64,000 bases of DNA from Octopus sinensis (Eukaryota). Within the stretch, counting starts at the first letter, position 1. Each line of letters opens with the position of its first letter. The translations under genes and the position numbers were made by a program. Below are positions 10,641 to 22,660 of this stretch, one piece after another. A model generated the notes under the pieces. It was not told the DNA's origin and ran no database searches. It was given only the letters and a program-made list of their open reading frames with translations. The stretch spans positions 114,018,001 through 114,082,000 of the forward strand of contig NC_043002.1 of assembly GCF_006345805.1 (NCBI RefSeq), given 5' to 3'.

Positions 10641-11950
10641 TCATTGCATTTGGGGTTTATTATAGTTGAAAAATCAATTGAGATAATTTGATACAGTTGT
10701 GAAAAATCTCACTACGTACAGACTGTCACTCTCTCACATCTCACCATTTGCTGACTGTCAAGGCTGCCTGAGATTTAGGGAAATATATATATTTAGAAGC
10801 AATTCAAAAACTAAAACGCAAAGAATAACTTTTTTTAGTTGCTCTAAAAATATGAACCAAAAGGTAAAAAAAAAAAAAAATTTCATCTAAAACTCAGGTG
10901 AAGTTATTATTTGAAAGTAACAACATATGAAAAACGAATAACGTGCTTGTATCGCAGTTATTATAGTAAAAATGTTCCATTCTGAGAATTCTCATTTGCT
11001 TTTATTAGCTAAAACAAGATGAGTATATTCTGTTGTAAGCTTTTGATTACATTCAATAAATAACTTACAACAAAAATCGGTTGTACCAACTTCTTGCATC
11101 AGATATATTTTTTATTTTCATTAGTTATTTGATATATAACAGTTTTTTTAAAATTTATTTTAGATGCTGAATTCAATTTTTTTGTTGGTTTTTTTTTTCA
11201 ATTAGAAAATAGTCAATATTTTTATAAAATAGTATCAGTTGAAATTTCAACTCGAATCTTTAAAATTCGCTAAAAATAAAATAAATTTTATTTCTTTAAT
11301 TTAAAATTTAATTTTAGTGATTTTGATTTGAACTTCAATTCCAACATTAACTTTACTATTGTTTTCCATGTGGATGGTGTTTTTGAATAATTTATTCTTT
11401 ATGAATAATTTTTTGAATAATTTATTCTTTAAACAGTTCTAGTCTGCAATATAAACCAGAGTAAATTATTGTGGTTATTCCATTACTTTCAAATATGGTG
11501 AAGTTGACGTTTCACTGGTCAGATCCTAAGACTGAAGTATGCTCAGAATTGTCTTTTGTACTTACCAAAATAATTGAAATGATATTCGATGATTAATTTT
11601 GTTCTCTCTCTCCCCTCTCTCTCTCTCCCTCTCTCACTCACTAATTATTTCTATTTAGCTTTTTGATGCTGCCTATTCAAACGTCAGTATCGACGTTTTA
11701 ACGTCCACTTTTCTAAACGTGCCTGGATCGGACGCGATTTGCTGAGGCGGATTTTCTACAGCCGGATGCTCTCCCTGCTGCCTACTCTCACCTGTTTCTT
11801 AGTGACGTAATATTTCCCCAAAGATCAGACGTGTTTTCACAGAATATTGGAAATGAAAAGCAGTGCTTTGCATCTCAGTCACCCATTTTATAACTGTCAC
11901 TTGATGTCAAGATAAAGAAGCAGTTACAAAGACACATACACACATACATA

Positions 11951-12340
11951 TCTTTATATATAAAAGAGAGGTTGTGTGCTGTCTGTCTCCTACGATTTAG
12001 ATTCCTAACTACTCCCACATTTTGCGGTGCAGTTTAACCAAAACCGGGTATCTTATAGTCGTGATTCATATCGAGCACTTCTGGGTATTAGCGCGCATCT
12101 ACGATGAGTCTACGATTTTTAAAAGAAATTTACCATCAATTTTCCCCATTTTTAATGCATTTTTGGCATATATAAGGGAAGTAACTCTCTAAAAATTTAT
12201 TATTAAATCTCAGAACGTAAAAAGCTACAGTAACACCCCCCCCCCTTTGTGGTTAGCCATATTGAGATGGCTATTATACTTTACATCTCTAAAAATGCTT
12301 ATATAGTTATTTCCCTTACAAACCCGGGCGATACTGCTAG
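11951..12340 (+). mobile_element. Non-autonomous Helitron
   Basis: 5' A|TCTTTATATATAAAAG and 3' CTAG|T. Close paralog at 58156-58455; the terminal hairpin is partly deleted here. Confidence 0.85.
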
Positions 12341-12577
12341 TTTATATATATAAATTTAAGAAATTGGAGTCGACAAGAAGGAGCTCGGTTGTATTTTAAT
12401 CACTACAATTGTTTCCACCCAACGTTTGTCTCCAAAAATACAGGTATTTGATTATGGAGAACCACGCTGGGTGGAAACAATTGTAGTAATTAAAAAATAA
12501 CTGTCCAACCATACTCCTTCTTGTTAACTCAAATTTCTTCAATCTTATATTCACACATGACGAATACTCAGACATAA

Positions 12578-12854
12578 TACACGGGCATATGGCATAGTAG
12601 TTAAGAGCACGGGCTACTAACCCCAAGATTTCAAGTTCGATTCCAGGCAGTGACCTGAATGATAATAATAATAGCAACAACATTGAAAAATACCTTAGGA
12701 ATGAGAACCCAGGTTCGAAATTTCCCCAAGACACCTGATGAAGGCTGGAGGGTATATCAGCCGAAACATTGTGTTAACGACAAACAAGATGAGGACAAAT
12801 ATCCATCGAATGTAAATAATGTACATAATTCCTCATCTCTTAAATATAGAACCG
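12578..12854 (+). mobile_element. tRNA-headed SINE carrying a Penelope-type minimal hammerhead motif
   Basis: 13-bp TSD tactcagacataa at 12565-12577 and 12855-12867. A box TGGCATAGTAG and B box AGTTCGATTCC; (AAT)n linker; hammerhead core at 12735-12767. Confidence 0.85.
12731..12774 (+). ncRNA. Minimal type I hammerhead ribozyme motif
   Basis: ACAC-CTGATGA-A-GGCTG(gagggtatat)CAGCC-GAAAC-ATT-GTGT. Stems I and II pair; the stem III C-G pair is broken (ATT rather than GTT). Confidence 0.7.
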
Positions 12855-12969
12855 TACTCAGACATAAGCCTGGAAGTATATAATAATGCTACCAGATGAT
12901 ATTGGGTAATTCTGAGGTGGGATGTACTCTGCCACATGCCTAATGGAATGTACCATAACTACATATATA

Positions 12970-13090
12970 TGTGTGTGTGTGTAAAATGGGTTTCTTTCAG
13001 TTTCTATCTACCAAATCCATTCACAAGGCTTTGGTTGGCCTAGGGAACTTGGGACCATGAGGTTGAGAAGCAAACTTCTTACCATCCAAC
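12970..13090 (-). mobile_element. SINE family A fragment
   Basis: tttcagtttctatctaccaaatccattcacaaggctttgg... is the reverse complement of the family A body. Confidence 0.75.
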
Positions 13091-13246
13091 CATGTCTGCA
13101 CCTATCTCTGAGTAATTTATTGTTCAAATAATTTCAGTGATAGGTTAACTCTCTCCACTTTCAGTCTCTTTATAAAAGCCACAAATTATAGAAATTTCAA
13201 GGTAAACAAACAAGAGAAACTGAAAAACTTTCACTCTAATTTTCAG

Positions 13247-13330
13247 ACTCTAAATTTTTCTCTCGTGAAGGATTTAATGATTTCTTTGGCAATCCCATAA
13301 CTAGAAGAGACAATGAAAATTTGAAACTTA
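13247..13330 (+). CDS. Weak candidate internal exon (phase 1-1, 84 nt)
   Basis: ttttcag| acceptor; stop-free (D)SKFFSREGFNDFFGNPITRRDNENLKL; weak A|GTTAGG donor. No homology recognised. Confidence 0.2.
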
Positions 13331-13383
13331 GTTAGGAATTCATCTCTCTTGGAGGTTTGCCATTTTTCTGTACATAAAATAAA

Positions 13384-13741
13384 TCTCTCTATATATAAAC
13401 GGCAAAATGTCTGTGTGTGTGTGTGCGAGTCCTTTATACAAATCCACAATTTTTCAGTTAGAGGGCTCGCACTTTCTATGGTCATTCAAAACCATCCAAG
13501 GGTGGTCGTGCACATCTTTACATTTCCCCAGTCAAAAAAATCAATAGAAGTGGCTTTTTTGTGAATTTTCTATCCAAAACCCAATCAAAATGCCCGAAAC
13601 TTGATACACGAATTGAATGCCAGCTAGCTGTATGTGATTGGTTGGAGATTTGGACAGTACTCGCGAGTATGTGCGCACGCACGCAGCTGTATATGCATGC
13701 ACTAGCACTATGACCCGGTGTTGCCAGGTCATAGTGCTTAG
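13384..13741 (+). mobile_element. Non-autonomous Helitron-like element, second family
   Basis: 5' A|TCTCTCTATATATAAA; 11-bp hairpin GCACTATGACC/GGTCATAGTGC at 13705-13737; ends TTAG|T. Confidence 0.75.
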
Positions 13742-16442
13742 TATTGTTTATAAAATTAACTCCCACCTTCTTGTAAGTCACACTACTACAAACGACTGCA
13801 TCAGTCAGCCAATCTTGAAACTCATGGTACCACAAAAATCACACTTAGTTTACATTCATTTTGAAGGAAATGAGGAATTCTCTAATGTAAGAAAAAGTTC
13901 TAATCCCTACTATCATTATGCAAATATAACCCAAATAGCTGTTACATGGTAGCAGGGCATGCTAGAAATAGCAGGCAGATCTTTCCTTTTCTGGAAAAAG
14001 GAGCCATTTACATGTGATTTCACTGTCACATTTGTTGAAAATAACCTGGAAAAGAAAAAAGGACCCGTGAAACAAAACTCCCTTGGTGAGAAACTTCGAG
14101 GTCCCCACCACCCCTCCCACCTTTCTTTTCCAGAAAAATGTGGCTTGTGGTGGGTTTGAATGCACCCGAAAAAAAAGTGGAAAAAATTATTCCAAACCAA
14201 GGTACAAAATATTTACTGAAAGAATAAAATCTGTACCGATTATACCTGTATTTTAATTAATTCAAATTAAAGTACCTCTTCTTGAAAAGTGGCAAAATTT
14301 TTGTTATCAAACAGGTAAGATTATCCATAATGTTATTGCTTTTACAACTGTTAATTAAATTTACTTGCTGTCTTTTTACAAATATGGATATGGGTGGTTA
14401 GAGGTGTTGGAGTGAGAGAGGTAAGAGAGTTTATAAATGATAGGAAAACCTGGAGAGTGTTTGTGGGCAAATGAGTGAATTTGATGTTGCTGAAAGAGGT
14501 ACAAAACCAGCATATGCTGTCAGGCCCCTCTATTGATATTGGGGGTTGTGTTCTATGCATTGACCAGAGTATAGAACAGGGCTTGCCTTTTTGAGCTGGG
14601 AAATGAATGGAATGCCTGGTGTGTGTCTTGTTGTGGATAGCCCCTCCTAAAAAATGGGGAATAGACCTGGATATATATACATAATTAAATTTACCTTCCC
14701 ATAAAAGTCAAATTTACTCAACAGGATCAGCTAAAATTACATAACTATAAACCAATGGTATATAAAGCACCCACTGACAAAATTTCAAATCTGTATGTAA
14801 AAAACTAACAAAGTTACAAGCAAGTATTGTGGAGACCCCTCTTGAACCTGAATGACTCAAAATAACATGAACAAATAAGCATTACGTTTGACAGTAATAT
14901 GAACACTAAATATGCTTTTAAGTGGGGTTTTTTTTTCATACACACACACATAACTCAGTTGGGACTACACGCGTGCTACTTGGACATCATCATTCCATAA
15001 AATTTGTTTATGGGGAGAAAAATATTGAAAAATAACAATAGATGTGTGAGTGAGAAAGAAACGAGGAGGGAGGTTTTAAGATGTGCTAGAAACAACAGCT
15101 AGAACTCCCTGAAATCACACATTTTCCTCTGAAATTATTAACAATTTTTTCTAAACTGAAAATGTTTCTCTCACAGGTTTTAAGTGCTTAGAAAAAAAAA
15201 AAATGGCCAAAATCGTTTCAGACTGGGGTGGTTAAGAGGTAGTGGGAGTGAAAAAAAAAAATTTTCAAAATTAAAAAATTTTTTTCTGTGAAAAGATGCC
15301 TCCCATCATTCTGAAAGCCTTGGTGAAAAACATTGGAAAAAATCCCTGTCAAAACTGAAAAATTCCAACTTAAGTGGGCTGTCTGAACCGAAACTCTGCT
15401 TTCCAGAAACTCCCGCCATTTCCAAAAATTTTGCCAACAAATTCCTTTGTCATCGTAATCTACACCATTTGAAAGGTATTTGTGTAAAATTTCATTAAAC
15501 AATACCTATTTTCCAGAAAGTTATGAGGGGGAAAATGTCAGGTCCTGTAAATTTTGCAAAACTCCTGTCCCCAACATCTCAGAAAATATTTTCCAATAAA
15601 TCTTTACATACACTCAATCTACAGGATATAAACGATTATTTGGTGAAAATTTCGTTAATAAAGTATCCATTTTTCTGGAAATTAGGAAGCAACAAAGTCG
15701 GTGGAGTATTAAACTGCAGTTATGATTGTTTTCAATAAAAGTTAACATTAACAGCTTAATGATTAACGAAGCTAACTTTTCAATTAACAGTGCCCACCTC
15801 TGTATATATATATATAAGATAAATATTACTTCATTTGTGTCTAATATCTATGGTGAAAATTTCATCAACAGCAAAAATATAGGAATTGTCATGGGTGTTG
15901 TGGCCATTATGCATAGAATATAATTTCCAAATTTTGTAAAGATCCATTCAGTACTTTTGACCTAGTTCTGGATCATAAAAGAAATTACTAAAATTTGGGA
16001 GTTAAGGCCCCCATTAGGGTGTCTTAGAATTCTCATGTGAAGTGGAAACTTTGAAAATACTTCATGATGTGTGTCAATTACCCATGGTTGAAATTTCATC
16101 AACATCGAAAATTTATGAATTTTCATGGGGGGTTCTGCCCCCTTTAAGCCATCTGAAATTCAAACCAAACATATTGCATTATACACGCCCTTAAGCATTG
16201 AGTCTAAGTTTCAAATATCATAAGGATCCATTCAGTAATTTTGGTCCTGGAAATTGTTTGAAACACACAGCATTACCCTTCTCCCTAGGCTTGGATTTTG
16301 TGTTCCAAATTTCATTAGGATCACTGCAGCAGTTTTTGAATGTATAAGTAACACACGAACACACATAAAGACATTGACTTTGATATAATAGATATGAATG
16401 TGAACATATACATACATGTATATATATGTATGTGTGTGTGTG

Positions 16443-16477
<35 letters not shown>

Positions 16478-16509
16478 CACACACAAAGATAAATTGATAG
16501 ATACAACTG

Positions 16510-16870
16510 AGTGGGCAAAGGAAAATATGAGACACAGCCTAGTGCTTTTTTTATTTTGATAAGCCTGGTACTTATTCTATTAGTTTCTTCTTGTGAACCC
16601 AGTAAGTTATGGGGATGTAAATAAACGAACAGCAGTTGTGAAGCAGTGATGAGAGTGAAACACAAAGACACACACACAGACTTACATATATACATATATA
16701 TACAATTGATTTCTTTCTGTTTCTGTCTACAAAATCCACTGACAAGGCTTTGGTTGGTCTGAGGCTATAGCAGAAGACACATGCCAAGTCACCACACAGT
16801 GGAACTGAACTAAGGACCATGTGTTTTGGAACAAAGTTTCTTACCACACAGCCACACCTGCACCTATGTG
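16510..16870 (-). mobile_element. SINE family A (diverged)
   Basis: Reverse complement of head and body; head ends ...accacacagccacacctgcacctat. Confidence 0.8.
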
Positions 16871-17215
16871 TGCGACTGTGAGTGTTTGCGTGTGTGTGGG
16901 TGCATATATGTATGCATGTATATATGTGTACATATTACATGTATGTCTATATATGTATATACATCTACACATACGTGTATACATATACATCTATATCTAT
17001 AGAAATACATCTATACATATACATGTATAGATGTATTTCTATAGATATAGATGTATATGTATGCATGTAATTTTAGATGTATATACATATATAGATGTAC
17101 ATGTAATATGTACACATATATATACACATATATGCACCCACACACACACAATAGGTGCAGGTGTGGCTGTGTGGTAACAAACTTCATTCCAAAACACATG
17201 GTCCTGAGTTCAGTT
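16803..17215. repeat. ~410-bp fold-back palindrome centred near 17020
   Basis: SINE head plus TA/TG-rich flank mirrored; catctatatctatagaaatacatctatacat / atgtatagatgtatttctatagatatagatg at the centre. Confidence 0.9.
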
Positions 17216-17271
17216 GTATACATATACATTTATATATATATACATGCATATATATATATACATTCATATAT

Positions 17272-17365
<94 letters not shown>

Positions 17366-17510
17366 TATATACATCTATATATACATGTAAATTTAAATTT
17401 AAAATAACAAGGGTGAAAAATTGAATATTAATTTGATTAATATCAATTTAAAAGCAGTGGTGTAGCATATTGAAAAGTCTGAAGTTTCAGATAAAATTAT
17501 ATTACATACA

Positions 17511-17654
17511 TATAAGAGGGATGACCTGTAAGTGGACATCCATTATGCTAGAAGAAGATCCGCTATGGTCTTACCATTCCTTTGTTAGTGGTAAGAGCAT
17601 AGCGGATCTTCTCCTAGCATAATGGATGTCCACTTACAGTTCATTCCTCTTATA
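17511..17654. repeat. 144-bp hairpin element (MITE-like): 66-bp arms, 12-nt loop
   Basis: Arms 17511-17576 and 17589-17654 differ at 4 of 66 positions; TA-rich termini. Confidence 0.9.
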
Positions 17655-17931
17655 TAATAGTTTCACTTTAATAGTTTCAGTATTAAAGTGAAAGCATCTG
17701 ACATTATAATAGAGAAATGTTTTAGTTTCACTTTTGACTCGTAATACGGAAATAGTGGAGAAGATATGATATTGCTGTGGGCTTGCCCTAGGCAAGAAGT
17801 TTTTTTTGCCCATGACACTACATGGACCCTAAGTAAGGCATGTGTAAAATTTGAATGAAATTGGTCGTGTAGTTCTCAAGTTTTAGGGATTCACACAAAC
17901 AGACAGATAGAAAGACTGACACACATTCTCA

Positions 17932-18010
<79 letters not shown>

Positions 18011-18029
18011 ATATGTGTGTGTGTGTGTA

Positions 18030-18262
18030 TATTTCTTTACTACCCACAAGGGGCTAAACACAGAGGGGACAAACAAGGACAGACAAAGGGATTAAGTCGA
18101 CTACATCGACCCCAGTGCGTAACTGGTACTTAATTTATCGACCCTGAAAGGATGAAAGGCAAAGTTGACCTCAGCGGAATTTGAACTCGGAACGTAACAA
18201 CAGACGAAATACGGCTACGAATTTCGCCCGGCGTGCTAACGTTTCTGCCAGCTCGTCGCCTT
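18030..18262 (-). mobile_element. SINE family B (tRNA head plus conserved gtcgactttgcctttcatcc domain)
   Basis: Reverse complement of the copy at 47985-48215. Confidence 0.88.
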
Positions 18263-18764
18263 AGTGTATGTATATATATATATATGTGTGTGTATGTGTG
18301 TTTTGCAACTATGTATCATGTTTGTATGTATGGATGTGCGTCTCCATGTGTGGACATGTGTCTCCATATGTGTCCTTGTGTGAAGTAAAGTGTGTGTGTA
18401 TATATGGTCATGTGTTTCAGTCTCCGTTTGCATATGTGTGCTTGTCTGTTCTTTTTGTTTCCACCTACCAAATCCACTCACAAGGCTTTGGTTGACCTAG
18501 GGCTATTAGTAGGTAACACTTGACCAAGGTGCCATGCAGTGGATCTGAACCTAGAACCATTTGTTTGGGAAACAAACTTAAATATTTTCTTTTATCTTCT
18601 TTTATCGGTTTCAGTTGTTAGACTGTGGTCATACTGGAGCACCACCTAGAATTTTAGTTAAACAAATCAACCTCAGTTCTTTTTTTTAATGCCTGGCACT
18701 TATTTTATCAAACTCATTTTGCCAAACTGCTATGTACACGTATACACACACACACGTAAAAGCA

Positions 18765-19075
18765 CCATCCGTTCGTGGCCGTTTGCCAGCTCTGTCTGGC
18801 ACCTGTGCAGGTGGCACGTAAAAAGCACCCACTACACTCACGGAGTGGTTGGCGTTAGGAAGGGCATCCAGCCGTAGAAACACTGCCAGATCTGACTGGG
18901 CCTGATGAAGCCTTCCAGCTTCACAGACCCCAGTTGAACCGTCCAACCCATGCTAGCATGGAGAACGGACGCTAAATGATGATGATGATGATGATGATAT
19001 ATATATGTCCAACCCATGCTAGCATGGAGAACGGACGTTAAACGATGATGATGATGATGATGATGATGATATATA
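18765..19075 (+). mobile_element. RTE 3' tail with duplicated terminal ~70 bp
   Basis: Matches 780-952. The gtccaacccatgctagcatggagaacggacg..(gat)n segment occurs twice. Confidence 0.9.
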
Positions 19076-19341
19076 GCTAGAAAAAAAGAGTTAAAACCCT
19101 TAGAGTCGCAAAAAAAACCTTATTTTTAGGAATATAGGTGCTACCTGGCACCCTCAGTCACAATTTATGACAATTGAATTTTTCCTTTTTGCTTTTATAT
19201 TGCACATAGCTGCCTTCATTATTTTATATATAATAATAATAATAATAATATAATAATAAAAGTGATAACAAAAGAATGAGACCTCGATATTAGGTAAATA
19301 GAGAATATTTATATATATATGGTTTAGGAAAATCAGTAAGT

Positions 19342-19420
19342 TGTCATAATAGTACTCAGAGTTTCAAATGCTGGAGCTAAGAGCTACAATGCATTCTCAT
19401 CAGCTGTTAATGGCAATAGA
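19342..19420 (-). ncRNA. Type I hammerhead ribozyme motif with intact core
   Basis: Minus strand: ttaacag-CTGATGA-gaatgc...gcattt-GAAAC-tctga-GTA-ctattat. Stem I has one C-A mismatch; stem III is ACTC-t-GAGT. Confidence 0.75.
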
Positions 19421-20865
19421 CACTATAAAAAAACTGTTGAATAAAAGGGAAGTTACTCTAATTGGTAGGAAAAAATATAAAAGGTAAAAAATACATGCAA
19501 CCATATTCTCACAGTATATAGACATACAAGCATATGCATATCTGTGTAAAAGAAGGGGACATGTGCACGAAAGTCACACTTATGCACCGAACAAAATCCT
19601 ACACTCATATACATACATATGCACACGTATACACACACACACATATACACATTTAATATATACATACATATACATATACTCACCCATGTACACAATCACA
19701 TAATTAAAAAGGAAAAAAGGAAAATATATATATAAAACAATAAAAGATGTTAAGACATATCGAAAGTTTGTGGAGGAACATGGTAAAAATGCAGATTCTA
19801 TCCTTGATCTTGGGGGATCCAAAACCATAACGTATTTTGTCATATATGGACATGATCCAAAAATTTCGCTTCTTGGATTTAGACAGGAAATTTTCCAGAT
19901 GAGCCATCTTTCCATATCACAAAGACGCACTTGCCACTACCATTGGTGTAAGGTTTACACTTGGCCAAGACCTTCCAGTAAATCCTTTAGCTGACACCTT
20001 GTTCTTTTAAGAACCATATATGACTGGATAATTTGGTAGTTTTTCGTTTGTCCCAGTGTCTGAAACTTAAGGTGTGATTATTGAACCTTGCTTTAAAATT
20101 TCCCTCCATGAGACCCACATATCTTTTTGACGAAACTGTGTTATTAGTGTTTGTAGAATTTACAGTGGCCGCCTAAATAATGGCCTCCATTTAATAGGCT
20201 CAAGTACTTATCCCTGCAGGAATCCGACTACGTGTTGTTTTTTTGCGTTGTGTGTAATTATGTTTTTAAAATTTGGGGTTGAAGTGAAACTAATTTTTAG
20301 ATTATGCCTATTAAAGAGTTTCCTATATTACAAACACACACATGCGCATACACACACACACATACAAACACACACACACACACAGAGGTTTGGTGATGCA
20401 TACAGGAAAAAAAGGACTCAAAACATGAGTATATATATATATATATATATATCATTGCTCACATGTGACCATTGTCTATCTTTCTTTTCCTCTTGTGACC
20501 ATTTTTATTTTCCTGCACAGACGTTCTAAGGACTGAATGTCTTCTATCTCTCTCTTCTATCTTTTCTCTTTATTTTCAAGAATATTTCTTGCTGCATTCA
20601 CTAACTTTCCCCTCATTCTGGTCTACCAACCCCCCATAAAATCCAAAATTTATTTTGCAAGTTATGGGACAACTGTCTTTGAAGACTCATATTGTTGTTG
20701 ATTGCTTGAAATGAGTAGACAGCCGTGTTACTTGTCCTGTTTTCAATTTTTTCCTCTCGTTTGCATATTTAACTTGCTTGTTTTCGTATTTCATGTTATT
20801 TACAGTTAGTGACATCCTGCACCCATATATGCATATATACATGTGTGTGTGTGTATGTGTGTGTG

Positions 20866-20950
<85 letters not shown>

Positions 20951-21119
20951 TATAGCAAAAGCAACAGAGTGACTCAAGAGCCAAGAGTTTCATGCATTAG
21001 CACTTAAAAACGCACGCACACATGTGTGATATATACATATATAATATATTATAATTTAATTAAGAGTTTTAAAAAATTTATAGAAACTTTGAGAGGTATA
21101 AAATAAATAGTTTTAACGT

Positions 21120-21210
21120 TGGAACTGTGGAATGACGTCAGCAGCTGGGGAGCTGACTGGAACTTGGGGCTAACCGGAAGGGGCAGCCGTGGCGCATGCG
21201 CAGCGAACGG
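21120..21210 (+). promoter_or_regulatory. Housekeeping-type promoter (CRE, ETS, NRF1 motifs)
   Basis: TGACGTCA at 21133-21140, CCGGAAG at 21174-21180 and GCGCATGCGC at 21192-21201, within a CpG-rich patch. Confidence 0.75.
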
Positions 21211-21364
21211 GTTATTCTGCCTTTTTGAGTCCGGTCGTCGAGGGGTTAAGACGGGTGATCGCGTTGTTAAGGTTGGGTGAAGCAGGTGCTATCTCTAGCG
21301 TTCAAGTCAGGCTGTGTCGAAGGATCCGTTACTGCTGAAGGGTCTCCTTCAGAGTGAAGAGAAG
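21210..21364 (+). other. Probable non-coding first exon (start approximate)
   Basis: GC-rich, ATG-free stretch after the promoter, ending AAG|GTAGGT at 21364/21365. Confidence 0.6.
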
Positions 21365-22479
21365 GTAGGTGCCTTTATTTCGAATCTCCGCATACACCAC
21401 AGGAACTCAAAGTAGATAAAACTTTAAATAATAGTATGTAGAAAACCCTTACATAGAAAAAGTTGAAGGTCGCTAATGGGACTCAAACCCACATTTGTGA
21501 ATATGACAGATGTTCTACCATTATACCAAAGCAACTCTCTAAATTTTCTCTATCTGTTTTAGGGATGATATTCTTACCAGCAAGAACTGTATGATGTTTA
21601 CATTATAAGATTTTTTGGAAATCCAAACAACATGTGAAGTGAATGTCTTTACACTACTATATTGTGTACTGGGTGCAACTATCTCAAAGTAAAAGAATTT
21701 ACACCCAGCAGAAAGATAGAATGGTCTAAACAGGACAGGGGGAGACACGTGGGATGGAGAGTCATTGAAGAGGTCACAGGATGTGTGATGAAAGATTTCA
21801 GACAACAGGCATTTAAATGAGAACCATAATAATGCTGAAGTGAAGACCAAGTATCTTTACTCTTTTACTTGTTTCAGTTATTTGACTGCGGCCATGCTGG
21901 AGCACCGCCTTTATACATACATATATATATATATATATAGTGTATGTGTGGTTAAATGGCAAAAATATGAACACCTCAAATATAACAATATCTGTTTCAG
22001 CATATGATTTCACATCTGGAATTTTGAAAAATAAATATGTAAATGATTTTATTGTGGATATTGGGAAAATTTGTTGTGATTAATAGGGGGATTTTAGTGC
22101 AATGGAGGTTGTATTTATAAGGCTCAGAAGTATGAGAGTTGTGTACAGTATGGTCTGTTTTAAGTGAGATGTATTTTTAAATGTTCTCTCTCCTCTCAAA
22201 ATCTTGTGTACCCACCCATCTACCCACCCTTTTCAATCCTACCTCCACTTTGGGTATATACCTGCCCTTTCTCTGTCACACTCTCACCATTTTTCTCTCC
22301 TCTCTCTCTTTCTCACTCTCTTTCACTCTCTCTTTTTCTTTCTCTCTCTCTCTCTCACCATCTGAGGTAGTCATGTCTCTCTTCTAATGCAAGTCACCTT
22401 TTCTATTCCTCAATACTACTCCCCCTCCCCAACTGAAGGGATCTTGTCCTGCGAGCTACTCAGGGATCTCATTGCTTCT

Positions 22480-22660
22480 GGTGCCGTGTAAGAAGCACAC
22501 AGTACACTCTGTTAAGTGGTTGGTATTAGGAAGGACATCCACCCATAGAGATCATATTAAAACAGACAGCAGAGCTTGGTGCAATCTTCTGGCTTGCCAG
22601 TTTCTCTCAAACCATCCGACCCATAGCAGCATGGAAAATGAATGTTAAAGGATGATGGCA
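22480..22660 (+). mobile_element. Diverged RTE 3' tail
   Basis: gtggttggtattaggaaggacatcc...cccatagcagcatggaaaatgaatgttaaaggatgatg. Confidence 0.7.

Noticed and set aside
12583-12655. Possible tRNA gene
   Set aside because: The acceptor stem does not close properly, and the sequence is the head of a TSD-flanked SINE. No bona fide tRNA gene was recognised in the window.
13165-13201. Small plus-strand exon (LFIKATNYRNFK) splicing to 13247
   Set aside because: The implied intron is only 45 nt and the joined frame stops after 17 codons; the phase is incompatible with the open frame of the next candidate exon.
13750-14200. Long near-open frames on both strands
   Set aside because: No recognisable domain. 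This stretch and about 15180-15720 look homopolymer-inflated, possibly a noisy consensus (inference).
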